A DNA stretch of 64,000 nucleotides, from contig OY829846.1 in NCBI GenBank assembly GCA_963691875.1, positions 224,001 to 288,000 on the forward strand. Reading direction: 5' to 3'. Below the pieces are notes generated by a model. That model ran no database searches. It was not told the origin of the DNA and saw only the letters and a program-made list of their open reading frames with translations. Below are positions 40,982-51,244 of the stretch, one piece after another; within the stretch, counting starts at the first letter, position 1; the number at the start of each line of letters is the position of its first letter. Position numbers and translations under genes: made by a program. The DNA comes from Aureliella sp. (GTDB lineage Bacteria; Planctomycetota; Planctomycetia; Pirellulales; Pirellulaceae).

Positions 40982-42355
40982 CTAACGGCGATAGTAACCA
41001 TCCGGATTGTGAACGAAGTAGCAGTCATATGGGTGGGGTCGTGGCAGTCGCCTAAACCTGACCCCACGTTCGTCCACTTCCTCCGTTCCGTCAAATCGAA
41101 GTGGCTCCAGTGAGCCAATGACGATGATGTTTCCCGCCACATTGCTTGCAGTGGGTTTCTTCATCACGGACTCCTCGCGAACTCGCTCTACCACGTTACC
41201 GACCCACTTCAGCTCATGTGCTCGGTCTGCAAACTCTTCCCAGTCGCCGGTGGAACTGTTTTCATACATTTCCTTGACGAACTTCTCCTGGGTCGTGCCG
41301 AGCTTGTAGCAAAGTGGTCCCATCAAGCGGCGAGCCCACTCTTGGTTCACTTCTAATTGCTCCGCTTGCTCAGTCATATTGCCGGACAAGAAGGAAGACA
41401 TTTGGTGATGCAATAGGATCGCGTTCGGGTAAGCATAAGAGTTGTCTGCCAAAGTTGTGATCACCGCGGCCATACTCGCTGCATACGACTTGACGACAAC
41501 GTGAATTGGGGCGTCACTGGCTTCCATCGCTTTTAAGATGCGATAACCGGCCATAACCGATCCACCAGGTGAATCGTCGATGACAATGAAGATTGGATCG
41601 TCGGACTGATTGTTATAGAAGTGCAGTCGCTCGGTGACATAGTTGGCGGTTCTGGAAGTGATTACGCCATTTAGGGCGATCCGACGGTCGCTGATGAAGA
41701 GTTCACCTCCCTGGAACGGGCGGGACTTGTAATCGAGTTCCTTCAGTACACGTCCCTTTGCCTTCTCTCGGTTCTCGGAGAGTGCGATCTCTCTTGAGAG
41801 CTCTGAAACGACTTGCATGTTTTCAAGGCTGGAGAGCTCACTCTCTTGCTTCAGTTTCGTGAATTTCTGTTTCAGCAAAGCGTTTTCGGCGACAAGTAGC
41901 TCAGTCTCAAGTGCGAACGAAGCCATTGCTTTCTTGCGTCGAGCCGATTCAAGGCTAGCTTCGGTGGAGAGTTTCTCCATCTCAAGTTTGAGCGCATTGA
42001 GTTCAGCATCCTGTCGGGCCTTTGCCAGATCCGAGGTGGCTTTTAGATCCTCCATTTCCTTTGCCATTTCCGCCAGCCGCTTGGCATGCGGGTCTTCCTT
42101 CTGCGGTTCTACCTGTGGCTTTGCCGGCTCTGCCGCCGGCTTTGATGGCTCATCTTAGGGTTCTTCTTTACCTTCTTTTGCCTCAGGCTTTACGTCCTCG
42201 TTTGCTGCGTCTTTCTTTTTGCCTTTCGGTGATTTCTTGTCCTCCTTCTTTTCTGCCGTTGCGGCTGCTTGGGCCAGCAAAGGTTGTGAAGCGAACGTCA
42301 GGCAAAGTAGCGGGGCGAGAAGCACGGCTAAGAATCGGACTCGTCTACACGACAT
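40982..42355 (-). pseudogene. Exported ClpP-like protease with coiled-coil N-region, interrupted by one in-frame TAA (42155-57)
   Basis: Signal peptide from ATG 42355. The frame continues past the TAA (EEP*DEPSKP) into the 361-aa ORF with IDDSPGGSV, YAASMAA and LLHHQ ClpP motifs. Confidence 0.8.
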
Positions 42356-42704
42356 GAAATGTATTCCTCTCAAAAAGTCTCTAGGAAGTGAGCGTCCAAT
42401 TAAATCAAGCGTAGGCGGCCAGGGCTGGAAACAGTGTTTCTCTCTGGCGAATCGGGATAATAGCGTTGCGGGAGAACGCCTACGAATTTGGATTCGAAGA
42501 GTTGGCAAACAATGAACTATGCATTGGTATAGTCTGAAGGGCAAGCAATGATAGAGGCTTGCGCTGCAGTGAAGATCACTCTGGAATGGCTGTAGGACCA
42601 ATTACGCCGTCCAAGAGCCGCAACATGGAAGCAGCAAACCGTTGACTGAAATTCTTGCAGTAGCTTTGGTCGTTGGGGCCGACTTGCAAACTCGTTTGTT
42701 TCGC

Positions 42705-44639
42705 TTAGTTTCGCAACTTGGGCTGTGCCGACATCCACTGCTTTTCGGTAACGGACTCGCGAACCTGCAAGTGAATATGTGTTCCTTTCTTATTGCCGGC
42801 AACGACGTCTGGAATGCCATCGCCGTTGATGTCACCAGCTGCCACTTGAGTGCCAACTCCGGAATCGTCGTGGATCAGGTGCGGCACAAAATCGACGCCA
42901 CCCGGTAAGCCTTCAACATCGCGTTTGAGCTCGAACCAATAGGTTACCGCCGCTGCGTTGGGTTCGGGGTCGCCCTTCGGTCCATGCGCCCAAAAACGTT
43001 TGCCGACGACGAAGTCGGTGAGCCCATCCCCGTTGAAGTCGGCGGTGTCTAACGCGTGTGGCTGAGAGAAGTGAACGCCGTATCGATTTTCTTCGGGCTT
43101 CTGATTGATGAAACGGTGCATCTCAAACTCGATCTCGCCACTGTCTGCTTTCGTGTGTTCCATCCAGCCAATACCGTAGCCGTGCGATGCGATCGAAGTC
43201 ACTATGTCATTGTCTCCGTCCCCATCCACGTCGAAAACTAGCATCTGAGCTCCGTCAAGCTTGAAAGGCCAAGTGTGATGCTTCCACAATGGATCTCCCT
43301 CGAGGTTTTCTGGTTGTTCCCACCAGCCTTTGGACTGCAAGAAGTCGACTCTTCCGTCGCCGTTGATATCGCCAAAGCCTAGGCCGTGAGCGTATCGAGT
43401 CAGCTTCAGGTCTTCCGAGATTTTGTGAAAGGTCCAGGCCTTGGTCGGATCGCTAGGGTTGGGGGCGGCCCATCCCAGGCAACCTTTGGAGTGAAAGATT
43501 AACTCCGGCGTCGCGTCTCCCACCAAGTTGCCGAATGCTGGCGATTCGTTGTCTATTTCTTTGTAGACTTCGTGCCTTGCCCACGGCTCGCTTCCCTTCG
43601 AATTTTGATACCACACATGCTCGTGGTCCTTTTTGTAGCCCGGCCACCCGACGATCAGAATGTCGTACCAGCCGTCGCGATTAAAATCCTCTACGAAGGT
43701 CAAGAAGTTGTCGGAGTAGCCCAAGGGATCGTACTCTTTGGCAGGGCGATATTCGTGCATGTCCGTAAATTCGGGGCCTTCGTACCAAAACGGTCCGGAA
43801 ACAATGTCCATCGCGCCGTCTTTGTTGAAGTCACCAAAGAACGCTCCCTCACCATAGAACTTGTCGGTGAGTTGCTTGGTTTCCCACGTGACGAGCTCAT
43901 GGTCGGAACCGTTGGCCGGTGAGAATGCTGTGATCGGAGTCAGCTCTACCTTTCTAAACTCGACTTCAGCTCCTTCGGCTTGAAGTGCAATCTGGCCTTC
44001 ACTTGCGGTGCACCCGTAACCGTCGTTTACAAAGTCTCCGTTTACCCAAACCCGGATTTTGTCGTCCAAGCACTCGATGATCATCGTATTCCATTCGCCG
44101 AGTGGTTTCTCACTGTCGTCAGTCAGGTTCTTGATATGTCGCGACTGCCCTTGTTTGCCACCCCAATTGTTCTTGGGCCCAGCACGCCGATTCTTCATGT
44201 CTGGCACCTTGATATCCTCATGAATGCACCAGAAGTCCCCCGCTGCTTTGTGCTGCATCTGCACTTCCAGTGAAGCGGGAAACATGTCGTAGAGCACACG
44301 TGGACGTTTCCCATCGGTGTGTACCAATACGCCACAGTTGCCAGGCTTACCAGCAAAGCGATATTGCACTTCGAGACGATAGTCTTCGTAAGATTTCTTG
44401 CTGATTAGGTGACCGCGTGGCACTCCCATGCTTACAAGATTCCCATTGCGAACGAGGAAGCTGGGTTCAATGCTCGGATTGTCATCCGCCTTGGGGACAT
44501 CCGGATACCAGCCGTCCAGGTTTTTGCCGTTGAAGAGAGAGGTGCTGTTCACATTTTGCCCGATTGCATTGCACAAAATATGCGATTGAAATAGTGCGGC
44601 GACGAACAAGGAGAAGAGTTTGAGTTGGCGAGTGTTCAT
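42705..44639 (-). CDS. DUF1080 (3-keto-disaccharide hydrolase-like) domain + FG-GAP/VCBS repeat protein
   Basis: SLFNGKNLDGW, GNCGV, EKPLGEWN, IALQAEG; repeated GDFNKDG/DFNRDG/GDINGDG/DVDGDGD motifs. Confidence 0.9.
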   Translation of the reverse strand: MNTRQLKLFSLFVAALFQSHILCNAIGQNVNSTSLFNGKNLDGWYPDVPKADDNPSIEPSFLVRNGNLVSMGVPRGHLISKKSYEDYRLEVQYRFAGKPGNCGVLVHTDGKRPRVLYDMFPASLEVQMQHKAAGDFWCIHEDIKVPDMKNRRAGPKNNWGGKQGQSRHIKNLTDDSEKPLGEWNTMIIECLDDKIRVWVNGDFVNDGYGCTASEGQIALQAEGAEVEFRKVELTPITAFSPANGSDHELVTWETKQLTDKFYGEGAFFGDFNKDGAMDIVSGPFWYEGPEFTDMHEYRPAKEYDPLGYSDNFLTFVEDFNRDGWYDILIVGWPGYKKDHEHVWYQNSKGSEPWARHEVYKEIDNESPAFGNLVGDATPELIFHSKGCLGWAAPNPSDPTKAWTFHKISEDLKLTRYAHGLGFGDINGDGRVDFLQSKGWWEQPENLEGDPLWKHHTWPFKLDGAQMLVFDVDGDGDNDIVTSIASHGYGIGWMEHTKADSGEIEFEMHRFINQKPEENRYGVHFSQPHALDTADFNGDGLTDFVVGKRFWAHGPKGDPEPNAAAVTYWFELKRDVEGLPGGVDFVPHLIHDDSGVGTQVAAGDINGDGIPDVVAGNKKGTHIHLQVRESVTEKQWMSAQPKLRN

Positions 44640-44652
44640 TCGAGTGTTTCTG

Positions 44653-45576
44653 CTAGTTTTTCGGCGTGGGGAGGTGAACGCAAACGTCGGGGTGCATCGT
44701 GTAGAGTCGGAACCGCTTGCCGTCGCGAACTAATTGTCCGCTGGAGTGGTTGGTTCGGACGATTGGATTCCCTGGATATTTCTTCCAATTTATTAGATCC
44801 TCCGAGACGGCGAGGCTGGTCGTCCAAGGACCTTTCCACTTCGAATCGGCATTCCCATGAAAAACCGCGTAATATCGCCCTTTGTGTTTCAGTACCTGAT
44901 TTAGCGCGATTGCGTGGCGATCGTAATCAGACGGTCCGCGACTGAGAACGGGGGCGTCTTGGATGTTAGTCCATATCCTGCGATCACGCGACTTTGCCAG
45001 CCAGACGCCACGATCACTTCTTTCGTAGAACAAATACCAGTCCTCGTCCTCAACCCATAGTGTTGGGGTCCCGTACGGTCCTGGAGAGAGCGGCGAGCCG
45101 TCTTTCTGGCGGACGTCGAGCTTCCCGTGATCGGTCCAATTGACGCCATCTTTGGAGGTCAACATATGAGGGATGTCGCCAGCTCCTTCGGCAACCATGT
45201 AGAAGGTATCTTTGTGGTGTATGACATGGACGTCCTCTGTCCATGATTCGTCGAAGATCGGATTGTCCGGATGGCGTTTCCAGGTCAGTCCGTCAGAGCA
45301 TGTTGCGTAACCCAGCTTTTTGGTGTCGCTACGCTCTCCTGCATAGCCCGTGTACCACAAATGCCAGTCTCCGCCGAGCCGCAGTATGTAACCGCGTTCC
45401 CGGATCTTACGATCCCAGGTGCGAGTCCCCGTACCACCGAATATAGGATTCTGACCGGAAGGAACGAAGTGCACCAGCTCCTTTGGAAACAGGTCTTCCG
45501 CGGAAGCGCAATAAGCCGAAGCAAGTGTCAAGGAAAGAGCTGCTAGGTATGACGCTGAACGATTCATCAGAAACAT
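44653..45576 (-). CDS. Secreted five-bladed beta-propeller glycoside hydrolase-like protein (GH43/32/130-like)
   Basis: NPIF, WHLWYTGY, GYAT.SDG..W...PDNP, TSKDG..W, SEDL..WKKYPGNP repeats. Confidence 0.75.
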   Translation of the reverse strand: MFLMNRSASYLAALSLTLASAYCASAEDLFPKELVHFVPSGQNPIFGGTGTRTWDRKIRERGYILRLGGDWHLWYTGYAGERSDTKKLGYATCSDGLTWKRHPDNPIFDESWTEDVHVIHHKDTFYMVAEGAGDIPHMLTSKDGVNWTDHGKLDVRQKDGSPLSPGPYGTPTLWVEDEDWYLFYERSDRGVWLAKSRDRRIWTNIQDAPVLSRGPSDYDRHAIALNQVLKHKGRYYAVFHGNADSKWKGPWTTSLAVSEDLINWKKYPGNPIVRTNHSSGQLVRDGKRFRLYTMHPDVCVHLPTPKN

Positions 45577-45638
45577 TGCCAGACTCCAGAGCGAATCGTC
45601 TTCGAATTTTCAACCGCTATACATTATACGAAATCTTG

Positions 45639-45890
45639 CTAGAGCTCGGCCAGTTCCGAAACTACTTCAAGGCGAATTGGCTGGATGTCGAATTTTGGAG
45701 ACTGGCCCAAGAATCGACATGGTTTGTTATGGAAGATCTCGATAGCCTCTTGAACGGAATGACCGCGCTTGCGGAAATCCTGAACGCACTCCTGCAGAGT
45801 GAATGGATCGCTCGGCCCCCAGTCGGCAGAAGATTACGAGGATTCGCTTTTTGCCGTACATCTCTAAGGTATCAACCGCGCGTTTCGGAT
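45639..45890 (-). pseudogene. C-terminal remnant of a TatD-like (EboB-like) hydrolase
   Basis: PKRAVDTLEMYGKKRILV [frameshift] SADWGPSDPFTLQECVQDFRKRGHS...NKPCRFLGQSPKF...* at 45639. Confidence 0.65.
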
Positions 45891-46060
45891 AGCATTGCCA
45901 ATGATTCGTACAGCCAGTTGATTCGACCATTGCCTGGACCGTTGCCCACGCTAGCACGACTTACGGCTCGATCGTAACGATCGAGCATGGCGGCAATCTC
46001 TAGCAGCTGGCAGCGCGCCTCGAGAAAGTAACTATCCAACACTTCGTCGGGTTCTTGCAT
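45872..46060 (-). CDS. Small conserved-type hypothetical protein, probably 3'-truncated by deletion
   Basis: EVLDSYFLEARCQLLEIAAMLDRYDRA motif; its end runs into the TatD-like remnant. Confidence 0.6.
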   Translation of the reverse strand: MQEPDEVLDSYFLEARCQLLEIAAMLDRYDRAVSRASVGNGPGNGRINWLYESLAMLSETRG

Positions 46061-46363
46061 TTTCGGATTCTCAATAGCAGCGATGGTGAACACAAACGCC
46101 AGTCAGTTCGTAGAACGGCAGTTGCGATTTGACTGTATGCATACGAAATTTAGATGCAACTCTTATGCATGTAAAGCAGGTGCTCTCGAAGGAAAGATAG
46201 CCATAAAGTTGCCGCTATCTTGAGAGGGTTTCCAATTACACCTCTCAACAGAGAATCGAAATCGTCACTCGTTACCCCAGCAGCCGCTCCTGTCAGCGAC
46301 TGATGGATTTGTGTTACACTTCGACAATCACCCTAACAAACATCGACACAAGGACAAATCCGT

Positions 46364-47290
46364 ATGAAACGTCGCGAAGTGTTAGCTGCTGGGGCAGCAA
46401 TTGGAGCCGCTGCAGTGGCCAGCTCGTCCATTTATGCCGGACCTTTTGCATCAAGCAAGGCGCACGATTTCAAGTTGAAGTACGCGCCGCATTTCAACAT
46501 GTTTAAGAACTCAGCTGGCAACGATCCGATCGACCAATTGAAGTTCGCGGCTGACCAAGGCTTCACGGCCTGGGAAGACAACGGCATGAAAAAGAAGCCA
46601 GTCGAGCTTCAAGAGAAGATTGCCAAAACGATGGACAAGCTCGGCATGCAAATGGGTGTGTTCGTTGCTCATGGTTCGATCGGTAAGATCACTTTTGCAC
46701 GCAAGAACGACGATATTTGGGAAGCGGTGTTACAGGATATTCGCGACTCTGTTGAAGTTGCAAAGCGTGTGAACGCCAAATGGATGACGGTGGTTCCTGG
46801 AAACCTGGATGAAACTGGCCGTGATCGCCTCGAGATGGGATACCAGACTGCCAATGTGGTGGAACTTTTGCGCCGCTGCTGCGACATCCTCGAGCCACAT
46901 GGTTTGGTTATGGTACTGGAGCCCTTGAATTGGTACGCCAATCACGGTGGAGCCTTTCTGCAGGGTTCGCCCCAGGCCTATCAAATCTGTAAGGCGGTCA
47001 ACAGCCCGTCGTGCAAGATTTTGTTTGACATCTATCATCAGCAAATCACCGAAGGTAACCTGATCCCCAATATCAAAAAATGCTGGGATGAGATCGGCTA
47101 CTTCCAGTGCGGTGACAACCCCGGCCGCAAAGAGCCCGGCACGGGTGAGATCAACTATCGCAATGTCTTTAAGTACATTCACTCACGCGATTTTGAGGGC
47201 GTGCTAGGTATGGAGCACGGCAACTCTCGAAAGGGCGTCGAGGGTGAGCAAGCTGTCATCGATGCCTATGTCGATGCGGATAGCTTTTAG
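46364..47290 (+). CDS. Hydroxypyruvate isomerase / xylose-isomerase-like TIM barrel with Tat signal
   Basis: KRREVL Tat-like motif, LKYAPH..MF, VLEPLN, KILFDIYHQQI, DNPGRKEPGTGEINY, GMEHG. Confidence 0.9.
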   Translation: MKRREVLAAGAAIGAAAVASSSIYAGPFASSKAHDFKLKYAPHFNMFKNSAGNDPIDQLKFAADQGFTAWEDNGMKKKPVELQEKIAKTMDKLGMQMGVFVAHGSIGKITFARKNDDIWEAVLQDIRDSVEVAKRVNAKWMTVVPGNLDETGRDRLEMGYQTANVVELLRRCCDILEPHGLVMVLEPLNWYANHGGAFLQGSPQAYQICKAVNSPSCKILFDIYHQQITEGNLIPNIKKCWDEIGYFQCGDNPGRKEPGTGEINYRNVFKYIHSRDFEGVLGMEHGNSRKGVEGEQAVIDAYVDADSF

Positions 47291-47328
47291 CGTGCTCGCA
47301 AGCAGACATCGGAGCCTAGCTGAATCAC

Positions 47329-47382
47329 AACCCGAAGCGTAAGCGACAAGAATCGGCTCGTTGCCTCGCTGACGCTCGTGTT
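47329..47382. repeat. Planctomycete REP-like palindromic element, degenerate
   Basis: AACCCGAAGCGTAAGCGA...CCTCGCTGACGCTCGTGTT imperfect inverted repeat downstream of a gene. Confidence 0.6.
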
Positions 47383-47480
47383 AGGAAGGAAGCTTACTCC
47401 GGAGCCATAACGCACTATCTAAAAAATCCTTGGTTAAGTTGTTATTCACATCAACTCTACTTCAATCGTAAGATGGTACG

Positions 47481-49541
47481 ATGAAAAAACTTGTTCTTGT
47501 CGCTGCGTTTGCAGCGTTCCTTTTGCCAACCGGCATTCCTTCAAAACTGGTCCAAGCTCAAGTGGATGAATCGAAAGAAAAAGCGGACACACCGCTGCTG
47601 GATCGTGAACTCTTTTTCGGCAACCCGCAGATTGCAGGCGGTCAGTTAAGCCCGGACGGCAAGTTCATTTCCTTCATGAAGCCCTACCAGGGGATCATGA
47701 ATGTTTGGGTTAAAGAATTTGCCGAGCCCTTTGACAAAGCTCGGCCGCTGACCGATAGCAAACGCCCACTCTACGGTTATTCCTGGACTGAGGACGGCAA
47801 GTACATCTTGTTCGTGAAGGATTCAGGCGGAGATGAGAATATGAATCTCTTCGCTGTCGATCCCGGTGCTATGCCTGCCGAAGGTCAACAAACTCCGAAA
47901 GCTCGCAATTTGACGGCGATGGAGGGTGTCACCGCCCAAATGATGCATGCCAGTCAAAGCAACCCAGATCTGCTTTGGGTCGGACTGAACGACCGCGATC
48001 CAGCTTGGCACGATCTTTATCGCCTCGAGATCTCCACTGGCGAGCTCAAGCTCATTTACAAGAACGAAGACCGTATTACGGGCTACGAGTTCGATTGGGA
48101 TGACAAACTGCGTTTGCTCAGCCGAACAGATCCAGCGGGCAATACGACGTTGCTCCGTAAGGATGAAGACAAGCTTGTTCCAATCTATGAAACCAACGTA
48201 GACGAGAGTGCAGGTGTCAGTGGTTGGGATGCCAAGAACGAGAACATCTACTTGGTCACCAATAAAGGTGAGCTCGACTTGGCAACGCTCTACAAGATGA
48301 ATCCCGAGACTAAGGAAATGGAACTGCTGGAGAGCGATCCAGAGTCCATCGTCGACTTTGGAGGATTGCGAGTCGATCGCAACACTCGCGAGATCATTTC
48401 GACGTCGTACACCGAAGATAAAATTCGGTACTATTGGCGAAATAAAGAATGGGAAACGAATTACAAGTTCTTGCAGCATACTTTCCCTGGACGCGAGATT
48501 GCATTCCAAAGTTCGACGAACGACTACAGCAAGTTTTTGATTGCAGTCCACGGCGACAAGTACGCTGCGGAAGCTTGGTACTTTGACACCAAGACTCGCG
48601 AGCTAATTCATCAGTACACGCCTCGTCCAGAGCTCAAGGAAGTAGAAGGCAGTTTGGCGGCCATGACTTCTATCCGCTATCTCAGCAGCGACGGGTTGGG
48701 AATTCCTGCTTATCTGACACTGCCCGTCGGTGTAGAACCAAGCAACTTGCCAGTTGTGGTTCTGGTACATGGCGGGCCAAAGGGGCCACGCGACAGTTGG
48801 GGATACGATCCTTTGGTGCAATTCCTAGCGAATCGCGGATACGCGGTTCTGCAACCGAACTTCCGCGCTAGCGGTGGCTACGGCAAGAAGTTCCTCAATG
48901 CGGGTGATCTGCAGTGGGGCAAGCTTATGCAAGATGATATCACTTGGGGTGTGAAGTATCTCGTCAGCAAGGGAATCGCCGACAAAGACCGTGTCGCGAT
49001 CATGGGTGGTAGCTACGGAGGATACGCTACTTTGGCTGGACTCGCCTTTACGCCTGATCTGTACGCTTGCGGCGTGGACATCGTCGGGCCTAGCAACATC
49101 TTTACGCTACTGGATTCCATTCCTCCTTACTGGGAAGCAGGTCGTGCATTCTTGTACGGAATGGTTGGAGATCCAAAGTCGGAAGAAGGCAAGAGACGGA
49201 TTAAGGAAGCGAGTCCTCTGTTTAGTGCTGAGAAGATTTCGAAGCCACTGCTCATCATCCAGGGTGCCAACGATCCAAGGGTGAAGCAGGCGGAAGCCGA
49301 TCAAATCGCGATCGCACTTCGCGACAAGGGTCACAAGGTCAGTTATCTACTGGCGGATGATGAGGGCCACGGCTTCGCGAAGCCAGTGAACCGCATGGCG
49401 ATGTACGCAGAGATCGAAGCTTTCTTGTCGGAACAGATTGGTGGTCGCTATCAAAAGGAAATGCCTGATGCCGTCGCCAAACGACTTGAGGAACTTCGAG
49501 TCGACGTGGAGAAGGTGACATACGAGCCAACAGAGAAGTAA
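47481..49541 (+). CDS. S9 family peptidase (acylaminoacyl / dipeptidyl peptidase)
   Basis: Signal peptide, propeller region, [22 protein letters not shown] (Ser), QGANDPRV (Asp), DEGHGF (His). Confidence 0.96.
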   Translation: MKKLVLVAAFAAFLLPTGIPSKLVQAQVDESKEKADTPLLDRELFFGNPQIAGGQLSPDGKFISFMKPYQGIMNVWVKEFAEPFDKARPLTDSKRPLYGYSWTEDGKYILFVKDSGGDENMNLFAVDPGAMPAEGQQTPKARNLTAMEGVTAQMMHASQSNPDLLWVGLNDRDPAWHDLYRLEISTGELKLIYKNEDRITGYEFDWDDKLRLLSRTDPAGNTTLLRKDEDKLVPIYETNVDESAGVSGWDAKNENIYLVTNKGELDLATLYKMNPETKEMELLESDPESIVDFGGLRVDRNTREIISTSYTEDKIRYYWRNKEWETNYKFLQHTFPGREIAFQSSTNDYSKFLIAVHGDKYAAEAWYFDTKTRELIHQYTPRPELKEVEGSLAAMTSIRYLSSDGLGIPAYLTLPVGVEPSNLPVVVLVHGGPKGPRDSWGYDPLVQFLANRGYAVLQPNFRASGGYGKKFLNAGDLQWGKLMQDDITWGVKYLVSKGIADKDRVAIMGGSYGGYATLAGLAFTPDLYACGVDIVGPSNIFTLLDSIPPYWEAGRAFLYGMVGDPKSEEGKRRIKEASPLFSAEKISKPLLIIQGANDPRVKQAEADQIAIALRDKGHKVSYLLADDEGHGFAKPVNRMAMYAEIEAFLSEQIGGRYQKEMPDAVAKRLEELRVDVEKVTYEPTEK

Positions 49542-49567
49542 AATCTCACTTCCAAATTGAAACAGCC

Positions 49568-49602
49568 AAGCCCCAGCGAGATGATCGCTGGGGCTTTTTT
49601 TC
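49568..49602 (+). terminator. Rho-independent terminator
   Basis: AAGCCCCAGCGA-GATGA-TCGCTGGGGCTT plus T run. Confidence 0.85.
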
Positions 49603-49606
49603 GAAA

Positions 49607-50269
49607 GTGCTGCTAGTGAAGTCGTCAGATGATGTGAATTCCCCCGAGTCGAAGCGCCCTGCGTCTTCCATGTTGTTGCTGGGACTTGTGAGCTATCTGT
49701 TGGTCGTTTGCTTTCCAGGCGTGCTCGCCCTTCTGACGGGCCCAGAGATTCTTGCATCAGGACCCGTCTATTCGGCGTTTACCATCTCTGGGATCTCTGC
49801 GTTTTCGATTGTTGCAAGCCAATTCGTACTAGCTGCTCGTTTTCCCCCGCTTCTGCGAAACTTTGGTGCACCGGCTATGCTACGTCTTCATCAGATCATG
49901 GCTTTTGTGGCGACTGGCTTTGTGGCTTTGCACATTGCACTGTTGCTTTGGGCGAAAGTTAGTTGGGATTTGCTCCTGAGCCCTTGGGTTGGATGGCCCA
50001 TTCAGTTGGGGAGGATCGCGGTACTTGGGTTGCTCGTGACCGTGGGAATCTCATTGGGCCGCAAGCGTATTCCGATTAACAACGCAGACTGGCGATTCTT
50101 TCACGGCATCTTGGCCTGGACGATTCTGCTTTGCGGGTTTGTCCACAGCTTGATTCTGGGTTCGAGCTTTCAGAGTCCGGCTTTCGCCATCGCATGGGTC
50201 GGCTACTTCACTGTTGCAGTGCTATGTGGACTGGCTAAGCGCGAGAGCGAAAAGAAAATTCCGGCCTAA
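49607..50269 (+). CDS. Ferric-reductase-like transmembrane domain protein (membrane domain only)
   Basis: About 6 TM helices, QFVLAAR, FG...LRLHQ, LH, WRFFH, VH heme-ligand His pattern. Confidence 0.75.
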   Translation: MLLVKSSDDVNSPESKRPASSMLLLGLVSYLLVVCFPGVLALLTGPEILASGPVYSAFTISGISAFSIVASQFVLAARFPPLLRNFGAPAMLRLHQIMAFVATGFVALHIALLLWAKVSWDLLLSPWVGWPIQLGRIAVLGLLVTVGISLGRKRIPINNADWRFFHGILAWTILLCGFVHSLILGSSFQSPAFAIAWVGYFTVAVLCGLAKRESEKKIPA

Positions 50270-50337
50270 GTGAGTAGATTCAGCGGATGAGCAATGCGGC
50301 GATGAGAACACTTTTCAACTCAAGCTAGACGTTGGGT

Positions 50338-51006
50338 TTATCTTGGCCGAGTCGTACGAATCTTGAATTGATTGAGTTGTTTCGACACGGAACGCGTATC
50401 GGCCCAAAGCTGGCGACTGAGGAAGCGCCAGGCGGCAACCATCTTGTCTGCCTTTACGTGCGGACGTAGCCAAGTTTCGACGCACTCTTGACGATATTCG
50501 GGCGTGACCAGCTCGTCGATCCAGGCTTCGTAGTCTGCGATCCAAGACAGTGCACGTTTCCAAAGTTTACGAGCGCGAAGCCACTGCGGCTTTCCTTTGG
50601 GCCGGGTGAAACTCGGAAGTTCGTCTGGCCAGTGCAGGTTCAAGCTAAGCGACTCGATTGGCGCCCAGGTTGGGCAAAAGTCGAAACGGTCGAGTAGGAG
50701 ACCACCTAGGTCACGGGAACCAAAGAACATTCCCCAAGCCCACAGGCAAACATGTATATCATCTTGGTCCAAGCGATAACATGTCGAACGTTCGTAGTCC
50801 TCGGTATCGCGATGCTGTTCGAAACCAAAGTGCATCAAGAGGTTACCCGCTTCACACTCGACGTCTCGGCCCCAGCACCAGACCTGTTGGCTCATCAATT
50901 TGCCACCAAAATTGTCAACAGTCCGGGGGATGCACCAGCCTTGGCCAGTACGTGAACCGGATTTCGATCCGCGATCCTTCGAAAGTTCTTCTGCGATTAC
51001 GGTCAT
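50338..51006 (-). CDS. Hypothetical protein, paralog of 51245-51835
   Basis: QQVWCWGRD..EAGNLL..FGF, CYRL, WGMFFG...LGGLLL.RFDF.P, WIADYE.W, EYR.E. Confidence 0.8.
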   Translation of the reverse strand: MTVIAEELSKDRGSKSGSRTGQGWCIPRTVDNFGGKLMSQQVWCWGRDVECEAGNLLMHFGFEQHRDTEDYERSTCYRLDQDDIHVCLWAWGMFFGSRDLGGLLLDRFDFCPTWAPIESLSLNLHWPDELPSFTRPKGKPQWLRARKLWKRALSWIADYEAWIDELVTPEYRQECVETWLRPHVKADKMVAAWRFLSRQLWADTRSVSKQLNQFKIRTTRPR

Positions 51007-51013
51007 AGTTGAG

Positions 51014-51235
51014 TTACAACAGTTCTTGCGCCGCTTTGCGGAACCACGCTATTGTTTGTTCGAGGTGATGCTTTCCGTAGAGTCTCTCGAACTCCTTGGT
51101 CGAGGAAAGTTTACGGTCTTCTAAAGAAGTGATTCTTTTCTCAACGTAGTCGGCAGTAAGACGAATTCCGCCAATTGCCTCAATACAATGCCTCCACTCA
51201 GCGTAGGAAGTGGGGATGACGTTTTCGGTGCTCAT
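51014..51235 (-). CDS. Small hypothetical protein (IP.SY.EWRHCI motif)
   Basis: 73 aa ORF tightly packed in the operon (gaps of 7-9 bp). Confidence 0.75.
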   Translation of the reverse strand: MSTENVIPTSYAEWRHCIEAIGGIRLTADYVEKRITSLEDRKLSSTKEFERLYGKHHLEQTIAWFRKAAQELL

Positions 51236-51244
51236 AGGAAGTCC

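Noticed and set aside
45483..45977. 164-aa plus-strand ORF, and the many other short antisense/overlapping ORFs in the track
   Set aside because: Shadow frames of real genes or remnants on the opposite strand; no motifs or RBS support.
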